DNA from: Paraspadella gotoi
Lineage: Eukaryota > Animalia > Chaetognatha
Assembly: GCA_051294375.1 (NCBI GenBank)
Contig: JBJCIZ010000239.1
Location: forward strand, 1,940,581 to 2,004,580
Reading direction: 5' to 3'
Length of the DNA: 64,000 nt
The notes under the pieces are model-generated. The model was given only the letters and a program-made list of their open reading frames with translations, searched no databases and was not told where the DNA came from. The translations under genes were made by a program, and so were the position numbers. Each line of letters begins with the position of its first letter. Positions within the stretch are counted from its first letter, which is position 1. This document shows positions 36,276 to 50,159 of the stretch, one piece after another.

Positions 36276-37262
36276 TCAAAGTTTCCTATTCATTTTATCC
36301 ACGAGATTCTTGAAGGAATGATAACACTGCGCTCTCAAGTGGGCCTTCAACGAGAGTCTCCGACTATCCTCGCCTACGATCCGCGCCGACGACGCCTCCA
36401 GCCCGGGGACGCAGTTCCAAAAGACGTCGAAACACTTGGAGAAGAATCCTTTAGTCTCCGGGTGAGACTTGTCCGGGATCTTGACTCTGGCGGAGATAAG
36501 TTTCCCGACGTCGTACATGATACTAGCAAAGATGCGCATGTCGGCCGAGTGCTTGGCAAAGTCCATCCCGTTGGAGAGTCGATGCTGGACGCAGGCCACT
36601 TTGGCGTTCTCCGCCAAATAGTCGCGGATGAAGGCGAAGTCTGGCTCCGGATCAGCGATCTCGGGAAGGGAGGAAGAGAGGGAGAGGGAGAGAGAGGCGT
36701 CGGGGAAAGGGGGGTCGTTGGGCGTCTCGGGAAAGAAGGGGACGTCGGACGCTTCGCAGTCCAGAATTTCCACGATATCGTCGTCGGCGTCTTCGACGGC
36801 GGCGCCATAGACGCCGTCATGGTCAGACGCTTCGAGCTTAACGCTTTCGAAGACGGAAGGTTCCTCTGCGTCCAGTTTAGACCTTTTTCGAGATGTTCGA
36901 ACGGGCGCTTCTTCTGTGGATTTCCTCTTGAAAGGAGCGCGGGAGTAAACGACAGGGATCGGCTCGCGGAGAGGATTTACGATGTCTAGGGGAGTCTCGA
37001 TGACGGGAACGCCATCATCCATAAGACGAGTTCGAACGTCGCCCGCGGCCGGCGCCATCTTACCGTTGAGAAAATCGGCGCAGAGTTTGTCGGAGCCGGC
37101 GACGCGGCGGCCCGTCGGCGTCTCCACGACGATGAAAAACTCGGCGTTGATGACGTTGACGAGACGAAGGGCCGACTCGAGAAAGACGTTGACGAGGGAA
37201 TGTTCCAAGACTTGAAGTTGATCCATGATGCCGAAACTCAACAGCTGCAGGTGAGACGCCAT
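36276..37262 (-). CDS. Uncharacterised nuclear protein, paralog 3 (more divergent), single exon
   Basis: VFLESALRLVNVINAEFFIVVETPTGRRVAGSDKLC; C-terminal YDVGK..CFDVFWNCVPGL..LKAHLRAQC aligns with paralogs 1 and 2. Confidence 0.85.
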   Translation of the reverse strand: MASHLQLLSFGIMDQLQVLEHSLVNVFLESALRLVNVINAEFFIVVETPTGRRVAGSDKLCADFLNGKMAPAAGDVRTRLMDDGVPVIETPLDIVNPLREPIPVVYSRAPFKRKSTEEAPVRTSRKRSKLDAEEPSVFESVKLEASDHDGVYGAAVEDADDDIVEILDCEASDVPFFPETPNDPPFPDASLSLSLSSSLPEIADPEPDFAFIRDYLAENAKVACVQHRLSNGMDFAKHSADMRIFASIMYDVGKLISARVKIPDKSHPETKGFFSKCFDVFWNCVPGLEASSARIVGEDSRRLSLKAHLRAQCYHSFKNLVDKMNRKL

Positions 37263-37629
37263 GCTCGTTTCGACGCAGTAGGGGGTAAAAATCTCGAAAA
37301 CTGGGAAGATTGTTGATTTTAATGGACAATTGATTTTTAAAATTTCGAGCCAAAGATAATAGAAAATCGATAAAAAAAGTTATTTACTAAATTAAGGATG
37401 AATCAACGTTCACTCAAATTTTTAGCCGTTTTGAAGAAAAAAAGTACCGGTTTTAAGACTAAAACACGATAAAAATATGAAAATAGTTGAATCCAGCACG
37501 AATTTCTGGCAGCGTCACCTTAAAAAATGTCTAGACATGTGACGAAGCAAGAAAAGAAAAGAGAGAAAAGATAAGCAGGAATAAGCGACAATAAAAGAAG
37601 AGCGGCGGCGGGTGAGACTGCATTCTCAT

Positions 37630-39163
37630 GTCGGCCATGTTGGTTCGAGGGCAGCGCCATTCCTCGTCCTTCTTATCCTCTTCTTCTTTTTCTTATTGTT
37701 CTTTCTTGTATTTTCCCTCTTCCTCCTCCTCTTCTTTATTTTAATAGTATTCTTTCAACTTCTTTTTCCTCTTCCTCCTCCTTCTCCGATCGCCGCGCCA
37801 CCTCCGCCGGACAATCTGGTCGCGATAAACAAAAGTGAAGGGTCGTTCGGTTGTCGGATCTTAGACTTAGGTTAGAGTTAGACAAAATGAGAAGCAATTA
37901 AATTGCCAATTGCCAATTGTCAATTGTGATTATTGAATGAAAGAAAGAGCTTGTGAACTGTGAGATTTTAAAGATACTGTCCAAAAATATTCTGTGTTGC
38001 TCTCCCTGGCTGTGTCTTTCTTTGATATAAGTATCCGCAAATGTTGACTTCGTGTTACCTTGAGATAAACCTTTGTGAGGATAATTTTTCATTATTTTTG
38101 ATAACTTTAAAACTCTTGTGATTTTTATTTTTTTATTTCTACTTGTATAATTTTCATAGTTTTCCGTTTTTGTGTGTTGAAGTTACTCGACATCAGCTTA
38201 ATTAGTTTTTGTCAAAGAATGACAAGTTTTGTTTTGTCAAAAATCTTGATATACGAAGTTGAAAATTCGTTTTAAAAATATTAAATTAAATTTTCCGACG
38301 AGCTTTACTTCAATTTTATTAATTTCATTTCAACATTCGGCGGAGACATCGAAGTCAAGTCAAACTGAGTGGTTTGGAAGGAACAAACACAAACACATTT
38401 CACTGAAAATTTCAGGCTTAAATAAATCATGACATAAATCATTTGTATTAAGAAACTAGAGATATTTTTATCATCTTCATTATCATCATCCCTACTGTAT
38501 TATTGCGGTTTGTGTAAATTTACCCCTTTTACAGTTTTACTTTTAATCAAAATTTTTCGCTGACGTCCATACTATTTTTTCATTAAATTAATTAATACTA
38601 GTATTTGTTGTTGTCGTCGCTCTCTCGACTTCATTTAATTTTAAACGAACAGTATATTTCTCAAACTCGACATCTCTGCTACTTGTTATATTACCAAAAA
38701 AGATGAGTATTTTAACTTTATTTACTTTGTCGTTCTCCGTCGCCCTACAACTGTTGGATTTCGGATCGGACATGAAAGTAACCGTCAAATATGCTACGTC
38801 GTCGCTTGACAGCATTAGGTAAGATATTTACATGTTCTTGCACTTATATTACTTAAAATAAACTAACAAAATTGTATTACCCTTTTTTCATTTTTCAAAA
38901 CGAAAATAGAAAAAAAACTTTAGAGACATCTAGAGCCATCAGAAGTAAAACTAATGAATAAAATAATTGATAACAGTTGAAAATTGTCAAAACTTTATCA
39001 ACACTTTTTAAACAGTGCATTGATTTCAAAATGACATTTTTTTTCTGAAATGAAAGAGACAATTTGACAAGTTGACAATTTGACATTTTGAGCGAAGAAA
39101 ATGAAAATGAAAGTTAAGCAATAAGCACTTCAAATACTCAAGTCTACCAAAAACATGGCCGAC
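37630..39163. promoter_or_regulatory. Divergent promoter region between the minus-strand gene run and the bHLH-ZIP gene
   Basis: Only divergent strand switch in the window; identical 12-mer AACATGGCCGAC (YY1-like) on minus at 37630-37641 and on plus at 39152-39163, each preceded by tandem TTG(A/G)CAA units (37901-37926 minus; 39058-39088 plus). Confidence 0.45.
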
Positions 39164-39471
39164 GATTTATTTTCAACTTGTAAATCTAAATCGTCTTAAT
39201 AAATAATAGCTCAACTCAATCAGCCCCGAGCGCGAAAAAAATTATTTCTTTCACCCACTCAAAACCTTTCAATAAAACAGAAGAAAAAGAAAAAAAAACA
39301 GCAAGAAACAGAAAACATTAATCTCTCGTCCCTGATCGGAAAAACTAGTCAAACTGGTTGAGAAACAAAGATCCCAGTTTCTGTCTTCCTGGTTTTTTTT
39401 TCTCAATTTTCTCTTCCTCGTCGCCGACAACAACGACCGAAAACAACAACAACAACAACATCGACTTCAAA

Positions 39472-40479
39472 ATGGAGGCCGACTTGGCCGAATTGGCGGC
39501 CGACCTCCTCGACTGCGAGCCGACGCTCCGCCCGACGCCGGCCGACCTCGCCCTCCTCGACGCTCCCGCCTTTTCTCATACTGCCCGACAATCTTGGCCG
39601 CCAGTTCGACAATCTCCGTCTCCGTCGCCGCTGCCGCTCGATCTGGACGACGGCGTCACGTCGCGCCCGCCGCCGTCGCCGCATTCGCCGCCGCAGCAGC
39701 TGAAAAAGGGGCGCGTCTCCCTGCGGACGGTGATAAAACAGCGTCAGATGCAGGAGAAACTCGAAAAGGCGCGCGCCTTTGCTCTCGAAGACTTTACGAA
39801 CGACAGCAATAACGTTAACGGAGATCCGGGACGTGCTCCACCCACGATCGCAATCTCTCCCTCACCAGTCAATCAAATGCCGAGCATTCACTCGCAAAAA
39901 TCATTTTCACTTCCGGATCTCTCTCAACCGACTCCCTCGTACACGATGCTCAACCTCCCTCCAGGGTCTTGGATCTCCCAGGATCTCCCTCTTGATCCCC
40001 AAGCCTTTCGCGGTCGTTTACGGGCGCCCAGCGGCTGCAGCAGCGTGGCCTCCAGCGTCCACAGCAGTCCGGCGAGTTCGGTCGACTTGGACGACGGACT
40101 GTCCCGGCGGCGCAGCGGCTTCGAGGACGAGCTGCTGACAGAGCTGTTCGGGGATGGCTCCGTTTTGAACGACGGCGTCGCTTCGAACGACGTCGAGATG
40201 AGGGAAAAACGCGACAAACACAACTACGTTGAGAAAAAGCGGCGACAAACTTTGGCCAAACAGATCGAAGAGTTGGAGCGTCTGCTGCCGAAGCGGAAGT
40301 CGTTCGAGCCGCGGCAGACCAAGAACGCCGTCCTCAAGTCGGCCGTGGATTACATCAAGAATTTGAGGAAGGAGAAAGAGGACGCGAAGAAGGAAGAGGC
40401 GAAGCAGAAGGAGACGGCGGAATATTACGAGAAACTGTGCAAAGAGCTGATGATTAAGCTGAAGTCGGTGGAGCAGTGA
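39472..40479 (+). CDS. bHLH-ZIP transcription factor, MiT/TFE (MITF/TFEB)-like, intronless
   Basis: REKRDKHNYVEKKRRQTLAKQIEELERLLPK..KNAVLKSAVDYIKNLRKE followed by a zipper; RVSLRTVIKQRQMQE resembles the MiT/TFE N-terminal block. Confidence 0.8.
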   Translation: MEADLAELAADLLDCEPTLRPTPADLALLDAPAFSHTARQSWPPVRQSPSPSPLPLDLDDGVTSRPPPSPHSPPQQLKKGRVSLRTVIKQRQMQEKLEKARAFALEDFTNDSNNVNGDPGRAPPTIAISPSPVNQMPSIHSQKSFSLPDLSQPTPSYTMLNLPPGSWISQDLPLDPQAFRGRLRAPSGCSSVASSVHSSPASSVDLDDGLSRRRSGFEDELLTELFGDGSVLNDGVASNDVEMREKRDKHNYVEKKRRQTLAKQIEELERLLPKRKSFEPRQTKNAVLKSAVDYIKNLRKEKEDAKKEEAKQKETAEYYEKLCKELMIKLKSVEQ

Positions 40480-40964
40480 ACACTGTTGAAGAGATGCAGT
40501 GGATTGTTTTTGGGCTGTAGCTTAATTCCCGAATATTATTAAAATACTACAAGAAGGAGAATAATATACGTTAAAGAAGCTTTGAAAAATTTATAGCGTT
40601 TTATGGCATTCGTTAAATTTTATTTTATTATATCGGAAAGGAAATGCGATGTTTTCCGACTCCATTTTTTTTAAATATTTGATCCCATCCCAATTCAAGA
40701 TCTCAAAATCCTAAAATAAGTTTTGAGTTTTTTCACAGCCAACTACATCTCAACATTCTTAAGCTAAATATGCTAAAAATAAATTATCTATCTTCGACGG
40801 TGCTTTTTTTTGTTGACAATTTTACACATCGTATAAATAACATTTCGATATATCTATTAACTATTTACGCAATTCATTTCATACCGCTTTTTTAAAATAG
40901 AAAATAAATGATTCATAAAATTAAAAAAACCAAAAAAAAACAACAAAGCAAAGATGTTTCTTTT

Positions 40965-43138
<2,174 letters not shown>

Positions 43139-43639
43139 CGTAGTTTTTCGACGAAAAGACTGAACTTCAGGTGCGAATTTGTTTTAATCCAGCCTCCCCC
43201 CCTTCCTCTTGAGAGGTTCGATAATTCTTTTTTCTCAGTTTGATTTGAAGCCAATAAAATTAAAAAAATGATTTCTTTGTTCTCGGAATTTAAGAGATAT
43301 AACAAAAAAAAGGAGAAAAAAGAATCTTTTGTTCCGCAAATGATCGGACTTTTCAAAAGCCGTCATAAGTACGAATACTGATTCGCAGTCGAACAAAATC
43401 CTTTAGTTAAAATTTTCAATTTTTATTTCAACTTTAATCATGAAACAATTACAAGAAATACAAGGGCGTTTTCTTTTTGGTCCAAAAATTGAATACCTGT
43501 ACATAACGGTATTAAGAAATAGCAACAAAGCAAAAAAAAGTAAATATCATACTTACAAATAATTATGGTCATTAAAATAATTATTATGTACAGATATATC
43601 ATTAAACACAGCATGGCGGCGGGAAAAACAAATTTGTCA

Positions 43640-43753
<114 letters not shown>

Positions 43754-44038
43754 CAAGTTTTTTAGGTGGGATCGAATGATGGTGAGGGTTGCTTTGTGAT
43801 GGTGTTTTGTAAGGACATTGGGAATCGGGAGAGAATTATAAAATAAACTGTGGGGCTGGGGCTGGTGCTGGGGCTAGAGAAGAAGTTAGCACAGGGGGAA
43901 ATGGCAATTAAATACGATCTAATGGTATTTAATAAACGATTTAAAAAACAATGGCAGCTAGTAGAACATTAAAACAAAACACATTAAAAAAAATATTTGG
44001 ACTAAATCTATCAAAAAAAAAAAAAAGAGCATCGCTCG

Positions 44039-45790
44039 TCATAGCGGCTCGGCGTATTCCCCGTTCTTGGCCTTTTGTCTCTCCGCCTGATGTAGATCCC
44101 CCGGCCGTTTCCGTTTGAAGAATCCCAGCCGCCACAGCACCAGCACGATGATGATGAGCAGCAAGAGTCCGCAGAGCGAGGCGACGATGATGACCCACAG
44201 TGGAATCTCTTTCTCCTCCTCGGCGATGTCCGAGTACGCCACTGTGCGGGCGTAGGCCTCGTCGTTGCTCTCGTCCTGGAGGATGTTGAGTTGGGAGGGG
44301 ATCTCCACGTTGGCGCGGGAGTAGATGTCCACGCGGTAGACCTTGGTGTAGATTTATGAATAGATAAAGTAATAAATTATGAAATGAAATAATGAATAAT
44401 TAATCGATAAACGAATAAAATATGAATGAATAAATGAACTTTTTTAAAACCGAAAAAAGAAATATTTTCTTTATCATTGTTTATTTACAATGACATTTGA
44501 TGAATATTAACTTTAATCAAATTTTGTATCAATTTTTATTAATATTAAATAATAATCACATTTAATTAATTTCATTACACCCATTTCATATAAATCACTT
44601 TTTAAACTCTCCCGCCTTTAAAATCAAAAGTTCCTTTTCCCGCCAAAAATCCCCGCCCCCCCCATCTTGGCCTCACCTTGGGATAATCCTCTATCAACGT
44701 CGATTGCCACAACCTCGACTTGACAGAGATGGAGACGCCGTCTCTCTCCGCGAGATCCCTAACGTCGCACCGGATCTCGAAGCACCTCGCCGTCCCTGCG
44801 TCGCAGTCCATAACCACCACTTCTCTCTTCTTCCCATCGGGATCGAGAATCTCCATCGATTGCACGATTTGTTCGTCGTACGACGGCGCCGCCGCGACCG
44901 GACTGGCGGCGTCCCCGACGCCGCGAATAGGCGGCGCCGCGACGGCGCCGGTTTCCGCGACGCCGAATCGTTTACGTCGACGCAGTACGTGATTGGAATC
45001 GTTGTAGTGGACATTGTTGGCGCCGTAGTATTCGAAATAAGCGGGTTCTTCCTTGTTGTTGTCGTAGCCGTTTCCATTCCCGAAGGGTTCCAACCGGCGT
45101 CGTCTCTCCAGCGTTCTCTCGGCGGCGACGAAGCCGCCGTTGGTCGCAGCCGGCGCCGGCGGCTTGACGCCGAGAAAGTTGACGTATTTGGGATCCACGT
45201 GGCACTTGCCCGTCTCGCCTCCTTTCACCTCCGGCACCTCCATCAAATACAGCAGGTGCTTCCCTTGCGGATAGTTGCTCATGACCTCGTAGGGCCACCG
45301 GATGCGGACGGAGGCGTTGCTGACGCGGCCGGGACCCGCGTTGCTGAGCAGGTAGTTGTGCCGGACGACGGGGCCGATCTGATCGGCGAATCGGACGGCG
45401 GATTCCCCGACGACGTCGCCCTTGTAGAAGATCTGAGCGTCGTTGTCGACGAAGCCTTCCAGTTTGAGATCCGCTTTGATGATGACTTTGACCGTGAGGG
45501 AGCGCTCGTTGTTGTCCGGGCTGATCTCGGTGGAAGTCGTGTTGGCCTGGGGGGTTTTGAAGGGTACATTTTAAAACATGGTAGCGTTAGGACCGTGAGG
45601 TGATGTTTGATGGCGAGCGAATGAGGAAACACAGCAATATGCAAATGAGTTGTGATAGTTTCAATCGTAAATCAAATCGTTCTTGAAGGTTCCTCGTATC
45701 CTCTGCGAAACTTTGTGATTATTAAAGTTTATTTTGATATATAAATAAACAACTTGTCAACCAGCTCCCTGTCAGTCTGTCTGTCTGTCG

Positions 45791-45843
<53 letters not shown>

Positions 45844-46088
45844 TCCTCACCTTAACATGCACTTCGATAACGCTCTGGGTGGCGTCGATGTCGCTGGGAT
45901 CGAACTCCATCGTTAATCTCGCTTCCTCGTTTTTCGGAAATGGATTCGCGATGTCGCATTTGACCGTCGTGGTCTCCTTGACGGGAGCGCAGGTGTATTG
46001 AGCGCCTTCGGAATAAGTCTGGACGTAGTGGAGGATTTTGGGTCGCGTCAACGTAGATGGCTCGTCTCGTAGGCCGCTCTTTTCTGTT

Positions 46089-46167
<79 letters not shown>

Positions 46168-47655
46168 AGAGATTGGGGGGGGGGAGTTGGTGTAAAATCA
46201 GGATGGGAGATTAGTTTGGGGAAAGAAAATATAGTTTCGCAAATAAGTTTCTATTCTCTCTCTACTCCCCGCCCTCTTACTTACTTATCTTGCTATCTAT
46301 AATTCTTTCTTTTTTTCTTTTCTTTTCTTCTCTCTGACTTTCAATCATTTACTCATTCATTCATTCATTCATTCATTCATTTTTTTTAGTCTTTCATTCC
46401 TTTATTCATTCAGTCTGTCATTCTCTCATTCCCTAATTCATTTATTAATTCATTTCTTCCCTACTTCATTCATTCATACATTCATTCATACTTTTCTCAT
46501 ACTTGCCATTAAATTTATAAATAAGTTTAATCACATTCGTCTCTGAAACTCACCTGTTCCTCAACTCGACGTAAAGATAAAACTTTGTGACTTGCCCAAC
46601 GCTCAACCGCGAGACGGGCTGACCCTTCGGTCTGCCCGACGAGTTCGGCTCGATCTCTTCGTACGCTCGTGCCTGGAAACGGTCAAACAAACATTTAAAA
46701 CTGACCAACTAAAATAGTTACAGAATTCTATTTATAGCATAAACTTGAGTAATTCACAATGGTCTTACGTTAAAACTTTATATATTTTCCTTCAGTTTAA
46801 TGAATTAATTAATCAAATCTAATGTTAATAATCTAAGTTTAATTTTGCTGTAACAATTTAACAAAACGATGTGCAATAAGATTAAGAAAAAGAAGCTTAG
46901 ATACAAGCACAATAATAATAATACTGTAAACCACCCACAACCACGCCCCACCCACCCTAAATTATCCTTACCCCCCCTCCCCCCCACTGACCTGAACCCT
47001 CAAATCGCTCTGACAAATCTTGTCGAAGCTGCACTCTTTCTGAAACTCCACCAGAAACTTTCGGACGAGCCCCTCGGCGCCGCCCGGCCGCAGGACCGGG
47101 TAGTCGTCGACGTCGTCGGAAACCCCTCGTCCTCCGGCGCCGCCGCTCGGAGGGGCGCGGCCCACGCGGCGCGCCCCTTTCTTGTTATTCTTCTCCAGTT
47201 CGTATTCCAGGTCAAAGTTGAAAGGATTGAGATAATCTCGGACGCCGGGGAGAACGTAAACGGTCTCCGAGAGGCAGAAGAACTTGTCGGCGCTTTGAGG
47301 ATGGAGTTTGGCGACGCGTTCCACGGAGGTGCCGAGGGAGTCTGAGGGGGGGGGGAGTTCGTCCGAGGGATGAATTTGGTTTATCGATCGATCAATCAAT
47401 CAAATCAATTCATCGATCGGTCAAGCGATCGATCGATCGATCGATCAATCTATCGAAATTTAAACATGCTCATAATTTAATCTTATCTAACATTCGTGAA
47501 ATCAATCAATCAATAAAATAATCAAAAAAATCAATTAATAAATCAAACAAGCAATCTATCAAAAAGACCACATATCGTACTTGATTATTAAACTATGAAT
47601 AACTTTGGGGTGCAAAACCCCAGACCAAAGACGAAGTCTCACAACAGAGAATCCG

Positions 47656-47698
<43 letters not shown>

Positions 47699-48897
47699 GT
47701 CAAACAATTAATCAATCAATCAAACAAACAATAAATAAATTAATAAATCAAACAAGCAATCTATCAAAAAGACCACAGATCGAACTTGATTATTAAACTA
47801 TCAATAACTATGGACTGCAAAACCCCAGACCTGAGACGAAGACTCACGACAGAGAATCTGTCAATCAAATCAATCAATCAATCAATCAATCAATCCTCCC
47901 CACACCTTTCGACTTCTTCTTAAACTCGACCCTCCTCGGACCGGCTTCGTCCTTCTCAGCGACGATGCGATATTTGATCCTCGGCGTCGCGTTAAACTTT
48001 TCGTAAGGTTTGGCGGTGTACTTGAAGCAGGCCTTGAAGGAGAAGCAGATCATGTCCCTCCCGTCGGAGCATTTCTTTGGGGCGTTGGGATCGATGGGGT
48101 CTGGAAGGTGGCGGATGGGAGGTAGGATGACGAAAAATGTTTGTTAGATTGGGTTGAATAGCGGCAGGATTATGTCATTATCTTGTGAGAGGGATGGAGG
48201 CCTCAATCTTTCTTAGCCGGTTCAAAGTCAGGAGCAAGAGAAGATTAGTCATTTAATAGCTGGATAATTGTTATATTTGCTGTACCAATTATGTATAAAT
48301 TAGTTTGCCTTGCAGGCAGGAAATTATTACATCCACTTGTTTTACAAATCGAATTTAAACATTCCGTTAAGCTTACTAGTATAGTATACCAATAACCAAT
48401 AACCAAGACTGCTTGGTGAAAAAAGCTTGCTGGCTCCGGTATCTTATGGATTGCGTTGATGTGAGCAAAATTCAATAAGTTGCGAGTGGCCCAGACACTA
48501 ATATGGTGTTATAGTTAATTAAATTATAAAACAACCTATTTTTTATCGTCGGCACCAATCTATTCCTCGAAACGGCCATAATATTCCCACCCACTCGATT
48601 TACCCGGCATGTCCTGTATATCGACGATAACGTCCATGATGGGTCTGCCCCGCAGCAGCACGACCCGATCCGACCCGAAGGCCCCGACGAGCAAGTCCGG
48701 GTAAGTGTTGAGATCCAGGTCATGTCCCCCGGAGAGTGAGTAACCGAATGTCTTCATGGGGGAGGGTAGGAGGCGGTTCATCTCGGTGGCCTTGGGAGAA
48801 GTTGGAGAAGGGGGGGGAAAAGAAAATTTCGTAATTAATAAAGAAATTTAATATGCATTGATGTTAATCTAAACGACATAAGGCGTTCCTCTCTGGT

Positions 48898-48977
<80 letters not shown>

Positions 48978-49857
48978 TTTGCTCCCTTATTTCTATGAAA
49001 TTGGTACAACCAATATTAAAATTATCCACTCATTTAATAACTCATGTTTGTTTCCTCATCAGATTTTTCTTTTTCTCTTTTCATTTCTCACTCTATTTCA
49101 AACTTTCTTGCCAAATTTTTATAAAAAAATAACCACGATATATATTTAAAACAATAATGCAATACAAACAGAAACGAAACACAACAAGTTAACGAGTACT
49201 CGCGGCGCAACTAAAAACAAAAAAAAAAAAACAAAACAAAAAACACAAACTCCCCCCCAACTCTCCCAAGTCTCTCACCCTGACGACTTGCGACGCCGCC
49301 TCCCCGATCCCTCCCTCGGATCCGTGATGCAGATAAACGACGCCGTCTCCTTCGTAAGGCGCGCCGATCGCCAGATCCTCGAATCCGTCGAGATCCACGT
49401 CGCCCGCGGACGCGAGCGCGAAGCCGAATCGAGAATCGGGGGCGCCGTAGAGACGAAGCGTCGGGTCGGTCGGGATGCGGAGAGAGAGGGCGTCTTGGAG
49501 GTAGACGTAGACGGCGCCGCCCTGGTTCGGAAGGTTTGGGGGTCGGTTGGGAGGGAATGGAGGAAGGAGAAGGAGGAGAAGGAGAAGGAGAAGGAGGAGA
49601 AGGAGAAGGAGAAGGAGGAGAAGGAGAAGGAGGTGAGCTCGGCGAAATGACCGATCGATTACTATTGAAGATTATCTATTGAAGATCTTCAAAATCTAAG
49701 GTAAGTTTCGCCTTTCGTTTTTTTTCCCTCACCTTTTTCTTCTCAAAGTAGAACGGGGCTCCGACGACGAGGTCGTCTCGTCCGTCGCCGTTCAAATCCG
49801 CTTTGCAGACTTGGTAGCCGAAAGAGGACGCTATCTTCTCTCCCTGCAGTCGGATGC
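44039..49857 (-). CDS. Integrin alpha subunit (PS1/laminin-binding-like), 3' exons only; the 5' exons presumably lie beyond the window
   Basis: FG-GAP repeats ([25 protein letters not shown]; [18 protein letters not shown]; [23 protein letters not shown]); furin site RRRKR; TM segment followed by GFFKR. Confidence 0.93.
47536..47893. repeat. Two diverged tandem copies (~205-bp period) with (ATCA)n in an integrin intron
   Basis: aataaatcaaacaagcaatctatcaaaaagaccaca..tgcaaaaccccagacc..acagagaatc occurs twice. Confidence 0.8.
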
Positions 49858-49879
49858 TGGGGAGGAAACAAAAGGGAAA

Positions 49880-50159
49880 GGGTTGAAATAAAAATAAAAT
49901 AAAAAAAAGAAATAAAAATTGTATATAAATCCTGTTGTTTACTTAATAAAGGGTTGAAATAAAAAGAAAATAAAAAAAGAAATAAAAATTGTATATAAAT
50001 CCTGTTGTTTACTTAATAAAGGGTTGAAATAAAAATAAAATAAAAAAAGAAATAAAAATTGTATATAAATCCTGTTGTTTACTTAATAAAAGGTTGAAAT
50101 AAAAATAAAATATAAAAAGAAATAAAAATTGTATATAAATCCTGATGTTTACTTAATAA
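49880..50159. repeat. Minisatellite, ~70-bp unit x4
   Basis: gggttgaaataaaaa..aattgtatataaatcctgttgtttacttaataaa starts at 49880, 49951, 50021, 50091. Confidence 0.9.

Noticed and set aside
37898-39086. AT-rich short ORFs between the divergent genes
   Set aside because: Cannot be joined into a gene or matched to a transposon domain by eye
46050-46085. Frame inconsistency at the 5' end of an integrin exon
   Set aside because: Adjacent to a (GA)n tract; more likely consensus indel errors than recoding or pseudogenisation
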